From the IMG/VR virus record IMGVR_UViG_3300027863_000113, positions 1 through 32,906 of that record: a stretch of 32,906 bases of DNA. One strand, written 5' to 3'. Origin of the DNA: a virus (Duplodnaviria > Caudoviricetes). This document shows, piece by piece, positions 1 through 7,653 of this stretch. The notes under the pieces are model-generated. The model saw only the letters and a program-made list of their open reading frames with translations. It searched no databases and had not been told where the DNA came from. Each line of letters begins with the position of its first letter. Position 1 is the stretch's first letter. A program made the position numbers and the translations under genes.

Positions 1-47
1 GTGTATTTCGTATTACTAAATTCATGAAATTCACCGTTGACTAGCAT
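1..47 (-). CDS. 5' end of a gene running off the window (MLVNGEFHEFSNTKY...)
   Basis: ATG at 47, 13 nt after the dCMP deaminase stop; frame stays open to base 1. Confidence 0.35.
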   Translation of the reverse strand, partial: MLVNGEFHEFSNTKY

Positions 48-60
48 AATGAATTTTAGT

Positions 61-513
61 TCATTCCATATTGTTTAGTTTTGATACTTTGACACCACAT
101 TTTGTTAAGAAATTAACACCATCAGAAGAACGATAATCTTCTCCATAAAAAACTTCTCTAATTCCTGCTGTGAAAATTAGCTTTGCGCATTCATAACAAG
201 GCGAATGTGTTATGAACATATATGCACCATCACCAGATTCTTCACTTTTAGCCAACTTAGCAATAGCATTCATTTCAGCATGAATGACTTCTGGTTTGGT
301 TACTAATTTTGGTAATGATTCTGAATTAATATTAATTTCAACAGATTCATCCTCACAATTGTTATTCCAACCAGCAGGAGTTCCATTATAACCAACAGAA
401 ATAATTCTATCATCTTTGACTACAATGGCACCCACCTTTAATCTTCTAGCATAGGATTCTTTTGCAAATCTTTTTGCAACATCCATATACACATTTAGAA
501 ATTTTTTATTCAT
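61..513 (-). CDS. cd: dCMP deaminase
   Basis: KVGA..GYNGTP, HAE and SPCxxC zinc-binding deaminase motifs. Confidence 0.93.
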   Translation of the reverse strand: MNKKFLNVYMDVAKRFAKESYARRLKVGAIVVKDDRIISVGYNGTPAGWNNNCEDESVEININSESLPKLVTKPEVIHAEMNAIAKLAKSEESGDGAYMFITHSPCYECAKLIFTAGIREVFYGEDYRSSDGVNFLTKCGVKVSKLNNME

Positions 514-515
514 TA

Positions 516-719
516 TTAATATTTCAATTTTTTAAGAAATGATTTTCTAAAAAAGAAAATGGATAATTCCTCATTTGGGGAAACTTCTTTTGGATTTTTC
601 TTGGAAACTGCCATAAATTCTTCTCCATTTATTTCTGTTCCTTTCCAAGCAGGAGAAGAATAAAAAATTTCATCGGGTCTTAATATATTTGACCATTTCG
701 TAATAATATTGTAATTCAT
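516..719 (-). CDS. hypothetical protein (start probably ATG 719, not 731)
   Basis: Fits the gap on the coding strand; GGGG Shine-Dalgarno-like run before ATG 719; ATG 731 is too close to the upstream -10 box. Confidence 0.6.
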   Translation of the reverse strand: MNYNIITKWSNILRPDEIFYSSPAWKGTEINGEEFMAVSKKNPKEVSPNEELSIFFFRKSFLKKLKY

Positions 720-742
720 TGCAAACCCCATTCAATAATGTA

Positions 743-770
743 ATTATACACTATCCAAAAAAAATGTCAA
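743..770 (-). promoter_or_regulatory. sigma70-type promoter TTGACA-N16-TATAAT
   Basis: Perfect -35 (770-765) and -10 (748-743) hexamers in an intergenic gap. Confidence 0.8.
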
Positions 771-785
771 GCAAAATTTTGGATA
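752..785. repeat. 9-bp inverted repeat TATCCAAAA/TTTTGGATA flanking the -35 box
   Basis: Arms at 752-760 and 777-785. Confidence 0.6.
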
Positions 786-807
786 CTGTTGTATTTTTAC
801 AACATTT

Positions 808-1209
808 TTATTTTTTCCAGGTTTTGCCGATATTATATTTTGGAGATAAAGTCCATTCAGATTTTTCTTTGTGATTAAGAATTCTAATCTGTGATAAATT
901 CACTTTTAGATTTCCTAATTTTTCTGGATTTACGATTTTGCATAAACCCCAATCTTCCAATAGGTTGATGATTGTGTTGCGTCTTGCAATATCATTTTCT
1001 TCAAAATTAGTATTTTTACCATCAAGGGCAAAAAGTTCTTTAAAATGAACTATGTAATATTTATTTTTCTTATGGAGAATATGGCATGATTGATAAAGAA
1101 TTTTATCTTTGGTTGAAGCAACTCCAATTCTAGTCAACGTCTCACGAATCTTTAAAAAATCATCATCTTCTCTCAATTCAACTTCAATCATATCATTTAA
1201 ATTTATCAT
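808..1209 (-). CDS. regA: RegA translational repressor
   Basis: DDFLKIRETLTRIGVAS..LYQSCHILHK..YYIVHFKELFALDG signature; follows gp62. Confidence 0.96.
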   Translation of the reverse strand: MINLNDMIEVELREDDDFLKIRETLTRIGVASTKDKILYQSCHILHKKNKYYIVHFKELFALDGKNTNFEENDIARRNTIINLLEDWGLCKIVNPEKLGNLKVNLSQIRILNHKEKSEWTLSPKYNIGKTWKK

Positions 1210-1247
1210 TATTTTAACTCCAAATAAGTGTTATTGTTATAATAACT

Positions 1248-1658
1248 TTATTTAGAAGCCTTGGATTTTTTAACTATTCCACCTTTTTCAGTCTTTTGAC
1301 GAATAATTTCAATTTGTTCTGGAGTTAAAATGTCCATAACAGATTTTGTTTTTTCATCAGAATAAGAAAAAAATTCTTTGACTGCTAGAAAATCTTCTGA
1401 ATCGGAATTCTTTTTATTCCATGACTGAAACTTTCTTTTGAATTTTCTGGTTCCAAAAAAATGAAAATCATATTGCATTCTTTTATCAATATTAAACATA
1501 TTCATTTCGTTTGCATTGAATACACAATCAATATGATTTGATAAAGCTCGATTGACAATAAATGGAACATAATCTTTTTCATCCAGATCATCCCGAATGA
1601 TCTTTTCATTTCCTTGAAGGATAGAAGGAATAATTTCTTTGAATAAATCAGGCATCAT
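1248..1658 (-). CDS. 62: clamp loader small subunit gp62
   Basis: YVPFIVNRALS..D..ANEMN..MQYDF..EKGG; lies between gp44 and regA. Confidence 0.92.
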   Translation of the reverse strand: MMPDLFKEIIPSILQGNEKIIRDDLDEKDYVPFIVNRALSNHIDCVFNANEMNMFNIDKRMQYDFHFFGTRKFKRKFQSWNKKNSDSEDFLAVKEFFSYSDEKTKSVMDILTPEQIEIIRQKTEKGGIVKKSKASK

Positions 1659-2602
1659 TTAAACTCCACATCAACCATAATTTCTGTAAGTGCAGCAACC
1701 AGATTGATTTCTTGATCTGCACAAAAAGCAGCTTGATATTGATATTTCGCTAAAATAAGTACGGCTTGTGGAATTGATGATGGCTTAACGTAATCATACA
1801 AAGAATCATAAATTTTTCTATAAATCAATGCTGGATCATTATCGATATTTCCAACAACCCACTTTCTTGCTGATCCAAAGTCTTTTGTTTTTAAGGAATC
1901 AATCAATTCACGAATTCTAACATCAGAAATTTGATTTAGAATTCCTTTATCGATTTTACCAGAAACAGAATATCGTTGAAGTTCATTAAGAATTCTTCGA
2001 TTGTCGGGAAAATGTTTTGTAATTAGACCAGCAATTACTTCCTTATCAAACTGAATCTTTTCCGCTGTTAAAATTTTTTCAACTCTTTTCATAAAAGAAG
2101 CAGCAAGTTTAGCTTTATTTCCGTTAATCTTAAAATCGATAACGGTACAACGAGAATGAATCGGATCAATAATTCGATTCTTATAATTACAAGTGAAAAT
2201 GAAAGAACAATTTCCGGAAAATTCTTCGATAGCACCACGCAATGCTGGTTGAGTAGAATTTGGATTCAAATAATCTGCCTCATCAACTATAATAACTTTT
2301 CTGCCACCAGATAAACTTACAGATGAAGCATAAGTTTTAATCTTTGTTCTGAGAACATCAATACCACTTTCATCTGATCCATTGATGATAATATAATCAC
2401 AATCAATCTCATTACATAAGGCACGAGCAACTGTAGTTTTACCTACGCCCGCTGTACCTGAAAGTAATAAATTTGGAATGTTTTTTTGTTTCACAAACTC
2501 TTTGAAAGTTTGCTTTAGTTCGTCGGGAAGAATACATTCATCAATAGTCTTTGGACGATACTTTTCAACCCACAGAAAATTGTCACGATCATTTTCACTC
2601 AT
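1655..2602 (-). CDS. 44: clamp loader AAA+ ATPase subunit gp44
   Basis: LWVEKYRP, Walker A GTAGVGKTT, Walker B IIVDEAD, SRC motif. Confidence 0.97.
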   Translation of the reverse strand: MSENDRDNFLWVEKYRPKTIDECILPDELKQTFKEFVKQKNIPNLLLSGTAGVGKTTVARALCNEIDCDYIIINGSDESGIDVLRTKIKTYASSVSLSGGRKVIIVDEADYLNPNSTQPALRGAIEEFSGNCSFIFTCNYKNRIIDPIHSRCTVIDFKINGNKAKLAASFMKRVEKILTAEKIQFDKEVIAGLITKHFPDNRRILNELQRYSVSGKIDKGILNQISDVRIRELIDSLKTKDFGSARKWVVGNIDNDPALIYRKIYDSLYDYVKPSSIPQAVLILAKYQYQAAFCADQEINLVAALTEIMVDVEFK

Positions 2603-2619
2603 AATATATTTTTACTCCA

Positions 2620-2886
2620 TTAAGGATTTTTAATTTCAAACAAAGTTTGGAAAAGATTTTCAAACTGTTCATTTTCAGAAACTAATTCTTTGAAATTAGC
2701 TTTGAAATATGTCTTTGCCGCCTTTGCAATAATTTTCTTTGGAATATCTGTTTCTTCATGTGCAACAAGAATAATATCCTTTAATTCTTGCTTTAATGTT
2801 TCTATTTTAGTTAAAACAACATTTGCTTTTTCAATTGCATCTTTTAGTTCTTTTTTCGCTTCTGCATCAATTTCAATATCTTGCAT
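2620..2886 (-). CDS. dsbA: DsbA-like double-stranded DNA-binding protein
   Basis: 88 aa, helical; KDI...EE.DIPKK...AK.Y.K.N...E.E.FE.LF pattern and size resemble T4 DsbA. Confidence 0.65.
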   Translation of the reverse strand: MQDIEIDAEAKKELKDAIEKANVVLTKIETLKQELKDIILVAHEETDIPKKIIAKAAKTYFKANFKELVSENEQFENLFQTLFEIKNP

Positions 2887-3094
2887 GACCTTTAATTTCC
2901 TCTAAAACATCAATCTTATTATCTTCAACAACTACAGATCCACCAATAAACGATACAACTGTCTTGCCACCGACTGGATTTGGTTCACCAGACTCATCTT
3001 TTTCCGGTGCTGTAAAAATTGAAGTAATATGTTGTTTGAAAACGTGAATTACAATACCACTTTTTACTTCAGTTAATGTAATATATGGAATCAT
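2873..3094 (-). CDS. hypothetical small beta-rich protein
   Basis: Overlaps the gp45 stop (ATGA) and the next start, indicating translational coupling. Confidence 0.7.
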   Translation of the reverse strand: MIPYITLTEVKSGIVIHVFKQHITSIFTAPEKDESGEPNPVGGKTVVSFIGGSVVVEDNKIDVLEEIKGHARY

Positions 3095-3762
3095 ACTTTA
3101 TTTCCTTCTCGTTCTGTTGCAATCCAATATTCAATATTATCAGATTCATTTTTGAAATATGAAATGCCACGTTCTGACATTTCTACATTATATGTGTCTG
3201 GAATCAACTTCAGATTTTCCGTCTTAAAAACAAAAGTAAACTCTTTATCTGTTTCACCAATCTTAAGTGAATTCTTATGTGCTGCGTCATTCTTCAAATC
3301 AAAAGCAATAAGATTCAAATTTCCATCTTTACCCTCAAATGCAATATTTGGAGATTGAAGCAGATTACTTGTCTTTGTTACCCATTGAAAATCATCTAGT
3401 TTAAGTTGAAACGAAACTGCCTTTTCACCAAAATTAACATCTTTGTTTGGTGGAACCACAATAGAAGTTTCATCTGTCTTTCGATAATAAATCTTACTAC
3501 GACCATTTAAACCACTGATAATAACATGATGTTGGTCAAAATCAACATCTGTATTATCTTTATCAAGTGTTAATAGTGAAAGGAAACTGTTCAAATCATA
3601 AATTCCAAATTCCTCTGGAATTTCTTGTTTGATTTTTGCTTTTACTAAAACAACTTTATTGGGTGTAATAGTCTTTAATTCTGTTCCCTTACGAAAAAGA
3701 ATGCTTGGATTTAGACTAGCAAAATGTTTCAGTACACCCAACGTTTCATTTGTAAATTTCAT
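3091..3762 (-). CDS. 45: sliding clamp gp45
   Basis: MKFT.ETL.VLK.FASLN.SI..FGIYDL..FL..YWIATE; 223 aa; upstream of gp44. Confidence 0.95.
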   Translation of the reverse strand: MKFTNETLGVLKHFASLNPSILFRKGTELKTITPNKVVLVKAKIKQEIPEEFGIYDLNSFLSLLTLDKDNTDVDFDQHHVIISGLNGRSKIYYRKTDETSIVVPPNKDVNFGEKAVSFQLKLDDFQWVTKTSNLLQSPNIAFEGKDGNLNLIAFDLKNDAAHKNSLKIGETDKEFTFVFKTENLKLIPDTYNVEMSERGISYFKNESDNIEYWIATEREGNKV

Positions 3763-3777
3763 TATATAAACTCTCCA

Positions 3778-4404
3778 TCATCTTTTTAAATAAACATTCA
3801 TGATATTTTTGATTTCTTTTTTAAGATCATCTAAAGAAGAATTGTTTGTAACAGTTAAAGTCACTGGCGATCCTATCCATTTCCATTCTGATGAATGGAC
3901 TTTATGAACATTTATCATGTTATATTCATGTTCATGTGATCCTCTATTTGCATAGAGTGCATCTTCATACCAAATAGGCAATCTACCTCTTTGAATATGA
4001 AATACTAATCCATCATTTTCTTGAATGAATTTAATCTCGTTAGGAAAACGAACATCTGTAATAACATAATTCTTGTTAGGATCCACTCTAGATTGCATCA
4101 ATTTGATCCAAAAATCATCATGAAAAGTGTTTCTACCTATTTCAGTTCCTATCAATTGAAGTGCTAATCTGGGACTGAATTCTTTTTCAAGAAGATTACT
4201 CCACTTTTCATCTGGTTTTTCTCTCCAGGCTCTCGATTGTTCTGTTGAACCCTCAAGCATTTCTCGATCCCATCCGAAAATAAACGATGCAATATCTTTA
4301 ACTGGCTTCGCAAAGCTTTCATGAATGAAATCATAATCTTGTACTAGAATATCACCAACAGTACCTTTTCCACTTCCGATAAAGCCAACTAAACCTATAA
4401 TCAT
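3778..4404 (-). CDS. 1: deoxynucleoside monophosphate kinase (gp1-like)
   Basis: P-loop GFIGSGKGT, SFAKPVKD, PRLALQLIGTE, ITDVRFPNE, HSSE. Confidence 0.92.
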   Translation of the reverse strand: MIIGLVGFIGSGKGTVGDILVQDYDFIHESFAKPVKDIASFIFGWDREMLEGSTEQSRAWREKPDEKWSNLLEKEFSPRLALQLIGTEIGRNTFHDDFWIKLMQSRVDPNKNYVITDVRFPNEIKFIQENDGLVFHIQRGRLPIWYEDALYANRGSHEHEYNMINVHKVHSSEWKWIGSPVTLTVTNNSSLDDLKKEIKNIMNVYLKR

Positions 4405-4631
4405 TATGCATTTACCTTTTTTCTATAAGTACCATTCTCTCTACTATTCCAAATAACTTCACCTTTTAGATGATCTTTAACTCGCGCAGCTACAACTTTG
4501 CGTCTAATTTTATAATCTTCAAAAGATTCATTTTCAAGACGTTTTGGTGTCAAAAGAGTATCAAAATTAAAGTCATATGCTGGAATAGGATCTGCTGCAT
4601 TTAGTGTGTATGTTGTTTCATTACTTTCCAT
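4404..4631 (-). CDS. hypothetical protein
   Basis: TAATG 1-nt overlaps on both sides; PKRLENESFEDYKIRR..W.S..GTY. Confidence 0.75.
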   Translation of the reverse strand: MESNETTYTLNAADPIPAYDFNFDTLLTPKRLENESFEDYKIRRKVVAARVKDHLKGEVIWNSRENGTYRKKVNA

Positions 4632-5428
4632 TACATTTCTCCAACATAGTTTGCGATGGCTGGCATGTCACCTTGAAAATGATATGTGCCAATATGAGTT
4701 GTTTTCATCCATGGACATAGATAAATCTTACCGCCGATATTTCTCCACCATTGACAAAACATATAATCTTCTGACAAATATCTTTCAGAATCTTTATCGA
4801 TAACAGTATCAAAATAAGCATGGATATAACGAGAACCATCAAAATGTTTTTGTCCAACATGATCTGGTTTATACTTTAGATTTGGATATGCTTCTTCAAA
4901 TTTTGCAAACACTTCTCTCTTAATCATCATAAAACCAGTTCCAATTTCAAGAACTTCTAGTGGTTCTGAAACAGAAAATTGTTTTGTTCCTTGAACAGGA
5001 TTAAAGACAAAATCACCCGCGAGCTTTTCCAGAACACCAGCTTCAACTTGTGGATTTTTAGTAACACCTTTCTTGATGTTGTTCCACTTAATTGCCTTCT
5101 TAGGATATGGTCCACCAATTACATCTTTATCGAGTGCAAGAAGGGCTAATACATCCTTAGGATCAAACGCAATATCTGAATCAATAAACAAAAGATGCGT
5201 ACAATCCGAACGATAAAGAAACTCATCGACTAGATAATTTCTTGCTCTTGTAATCAAAGATTCATTAAAGAGAAATGAAAACTTTGTTTGAATTCCATAT
5301 TGCATACACATGCCTTGTAGATCAAGGCATGATTTCATGTAAAGACCATGATTCATTCCACCATACATAGGTGTTGCAATCATTATACTTTTCTTCTTTA
5401 ATTCTTCAATTTTAATTGAAATTTCCAT
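4631..5428 (-). CDS. GT-A fold glycosyltransferase-like protein
   Basis: IATPMYGG, ESLITRARN, DxD in THLLFIDSDI, GTGFMMIKR, LSEDYMFC. Confidence 0.8.
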   Translation of the reverse strand: MEISIKIEELKKKSIMIATPMYGGMNHGLYMKSCLDLQGMCMQYGIQTKFSFLFNESLITRARNYLVDEFLYRSDCTHLLFIDSDIAFDPKDVLALLALDKDVIGGPYPKKAIKWNNIKKGVTKNPQVEAGVLEKLAGDFVFNPVQGTKQFSVSEPLEVLEIGTGFMMIKREVFAKFEEAYPNLKYKPDHVGQKHFDGSRYIHAYFDTVIDKDSERYLSEDYMFCQWWRNIGGKIYLCPWMKTTHIGTYHFQGDMPAIANYVGEM

Positions 5429-5447
5429 AATTTATCCAATAAAAGCT

Positions 5448-5468
5448 GGGGAACATTAGATGTTCCCC
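5448..5468 (-). terminator. hairpin GGGGAACAT-3nt-ATGTTCCCC, probable terminator or processing stem
   Basis: 9-bp perfect stem just after the HTH gene stop, followed by AGCTTTT on the minus strand. Confidence 0.6.
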
Positions 5469-5478
5469 GAATTATCAA

Positions 5479-5703
5479 TTAAGCATGAACATTATTACGA
5501 CGGGCTAGCTTGTAAAATGTAATTACACGACCATCGTCTAGTTCCTTCTTCTTTGTTACAATGTTGTAACCTTCCTGACGCAATTCAGAAATTCGTGCAG
5601 ACACATTGTTCACATTGAACATATTTTGTGCTTGCCTAGTTGTAAAGGTATTGTATGGACCTTTTCTCTTAAGAAACTTAAGCATGTTTTCACGTACACT
5701 CAT
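5479..5703 (-). CDS. small winged helix-turn-helix protein
   Basis: T.RQA..MF.V..VSARISELRQEGYNI followed by a beta-hairpin wing; GGGAG SD. Confidence 0.8.
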   Translation of the reverse strand: MSVRENMLKFLKRKGPYNTFTTRQAQNMFNVNNVSARISELRQEGYNIVTKKKELDDGRVITFYKLARRNNVHA

Positions 5704-5731
5704 AATTAACTCCCATAGTTAAATAAAAACA

Positions 5732-5759
5732 ATTATATCACACAATTCAACAATGTCAA
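5732..5759 (-). promoter_or_regulatory. sigma70-type promoter TTGACA-N16-TATAAT with extended -10 (TGn)
   Basis: -35 at 5759-5754, -10 at 5737-5732, intergenic. Confidence 0.85.
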
Positions 5760-5773
5760 GATTAAATTAGTAA

Positions 5774-6673
5774 TTATTTTGTTAATTTTACTAATTTTAA
5801 TCCGTAATTGTTTACTCCTTTTGGCAACTCTATTCCTTCTTTTAATTTTAATTTGTTGTTTTTAAAAGGACTATAATCTACATAGTGATGCCATCTACCA
5901 TATCTCCAAACAACTCTAGAAACATCTGGATGAAGATCAACTAACATTTGTGATTTGTTAATTGTTCCTTCTGGATTTAACATTCCATCTCTCCATTTAT
6001 CTTTTTCTAGAGAACCTTCCTTATGATAGAATTCTTCAGTATTTCCACCTTTCACAGTTTGAGTTGCTGATTTACCTTGAAGAAAAGCGTTAAATTGAAT
6101 TGTGCAATCACCATCTTTCAACACTCGTAAAGATAAATCAGTATCTTCATTATATCTTCCTCTCCATCGATGTTTACATTTGTTGTCTATTAATAGAGTA
6201 GAATAAATTCTTGTATTTTTTACATAAGGTGGATAATAACTATTTGGTGCAATAAAAAATCTATATTGAAATCCAGAAACAGGAACATTTTCATAACGAT
6301 CAATAAAATCTTCTGCAATTTTGAATATGATTCCAGATTCTACACGAATTCTTTTATTTTTATGTAAACGATAAAAATCTCCAATATTATCATCAAGAAC
6401 CCAATGCTTTTCTGCGCCAAGTTCAATTGAATGATCCCAAACACTATTTCTTGCTCTTCCTGGACCATCACCATGATTTGAAAATGGTAATTCAATTAAG
6501 GTCACATAATCTTTAAGGTTGAATGTTTCAAGAGCTTTTGTGTAAGGTTCAATATCTTGAGGTTCGACAGCAATATAATGTGGAACTTTCATTCTTGTTA
6601 AAGAACGAGAAGTTATCATTGAATCTGATCTTCCTTTTGAAACAATATAAACAGGATATTTAGGATTCGTCAT
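5774..6673 (-). CDS. GREB1-like/TET-associated (TAGT-type) glycosyltransferase, putative DNA base glycosyltransferase
   Basis: YPVYIVSKGR, ARN, HWVLDDNI, IYSTLLI, WRGRYNEDTDLSLRVLKDG, GGNT, RWHH. Confidence 0.75.
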   Translation of the reverse strand: MTNPKYPVYIVSKGRSDSMITSRSLTRMKVPHYIAVEPQDIEPYTKALETFNLKDYVTLIELPFSNHGDGPGRARNSVWDHSIELGAEKHWVLDDNIGDFYRLHKNKRIRVESGIIFKIAEDFIDRYENVPVSGFQYRFFIAPNSYYPPYVKNTRIYSTLLIDNKCKHRWRGRYNEDTDLSLRVLKDGDCTIQFNAFLQGKSATQTVKGGNTEEFYHKEGSLEKDKWRDGMLNPEGTINKSQMLVDLHPDVSRVVWRYGRWHHYVDYSPFKNNKLKLKEGIELPKGVNNYGLKLVKLTK

Positions 6674-7019
6674 CTTCCATCCACCTTAATAATGCATTTT
6701 CCTCACGATCTAATTCTGGATACCAAATTGATTTGGTTTTCTCTGTCAATTTTTGATTCATAATCTTGGCAAATTCTTGATAATCCTCTTTGTTTCTAAA
6801 AGAAACTATAATTTTTTTATATGGAGGATTATCTTCTTGAGTGAATTCTGGCATTCCTACCCAATGTTTTTTCCACTCTTTTTCATCTGCCATCAACATT
6901 TCTTTTTCTTGTTCATCAAGATCAAAAAAATCAACTAAACTTGATTCTTTTATTTCTTGTTTAACATTCAAACAATTATCGTATTCGGTAAATTCTTTTT
7001 CAATTTTATCTTTTTTCAT
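6660..7019 (-). CDS. conserved hypothetical partner of the glycosyltransferase (start corrected to ATG 7019)
   Basis: AAGGA SD before ATG 7019; W.GMPEF.QED..PYK.IIVSFRN.EDY..F...T.KTKSIWYP; 14-nt overlap with the GT start. Confidence 0.7.
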   Translation of the reverse strand: MKKDKIEKEFTEYDNCLNVKQEIKESSLVDFFDLDEQEKEMLMADEKEWKKHWVGMPEFTQEDNPPYKKIIVSFRNKEDYQEFAKIMNQKLTEKTKSIWYPELDREENALLRWMEDDES

Positions 7020-7032
7020 ACTATATGAATCC

Positions 7033-7653
7033 TTATTTACGAAGCTTTTTTGATACCTTTGACATTTTATTCGTAGATTTTTCAAAACTTTTATATAGTT
7101 TTTGTCTCTTTTCAACTGCACACTTTAATGCTAATGGTTTTGCTTTCTTTGTAAATGTTACACCATTCAAATGGTCTAATTCATGTAGAATAATTCTTGC
7201 TGTTAAACCAGTATAAATTCCCTGTTTCTTTTCTCCATTAAAATCTTCATATTCAAGATGAACAGAATCTGGTCTAGTAATACTAATAAACAAATGCGGA
7301 TAAGATAAGCAACCTTCTGACATATGAACATTTTCTTTACCCACACTAATTACTTTTGGATTAAAAAATGCCACAAAATTTTCACCAAATCCAGCAACAA
7401 AAACTCTATGACGTAATCCACATTGATTCGCTGATAATCCTAAACCTTTATAATGTTTGCATGTTTCTACTAAATCCGAAGCTATTTCAACAGCGTTATA
7501 TTCTGGATTTGTAAAATCAAATTCTGGAATAGTCTCAGATAAAATAGGATCTAATTCACGAACTAAGGATAGAATATTCTTTCTTTCTACGTTTGTTGAT
7601 TGTTTTTCAGTATTAATTGTCAATACTGCATCTGTAAATTTTTGTTCGCTCAT
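7033..7653 (-). CDS. def: peptide deformylase
   Basis: All three PDF motifs: GLGLSANQCG, EGCLS, HELDH. Confidence 0.95.
   Translation of the reverse strand: MSEQKFTDAVLTINTEKQSTNVERKNILSLVRELDPILSETIPEFDFTNPEYNAVEIASDLVETCKHYKGLGLSANQCGLRHRVFVAGFGENFVAFFNPKVISVGKENVHMSEGCLSYPHLFISITRPDSVHLEYEDFNGEKKQGIYTGLTARIILHELDHLNGVTFTKKAKPLALKCAVEKRQKLYKSFEKSTNKMSKVSKKLRK

Noticed and set aside
7020-7121. Long overlap of the 153-aa ORF with peptide deformylase
   Set aside because: ATG 7019 with an AAGGA SD removes the overlap
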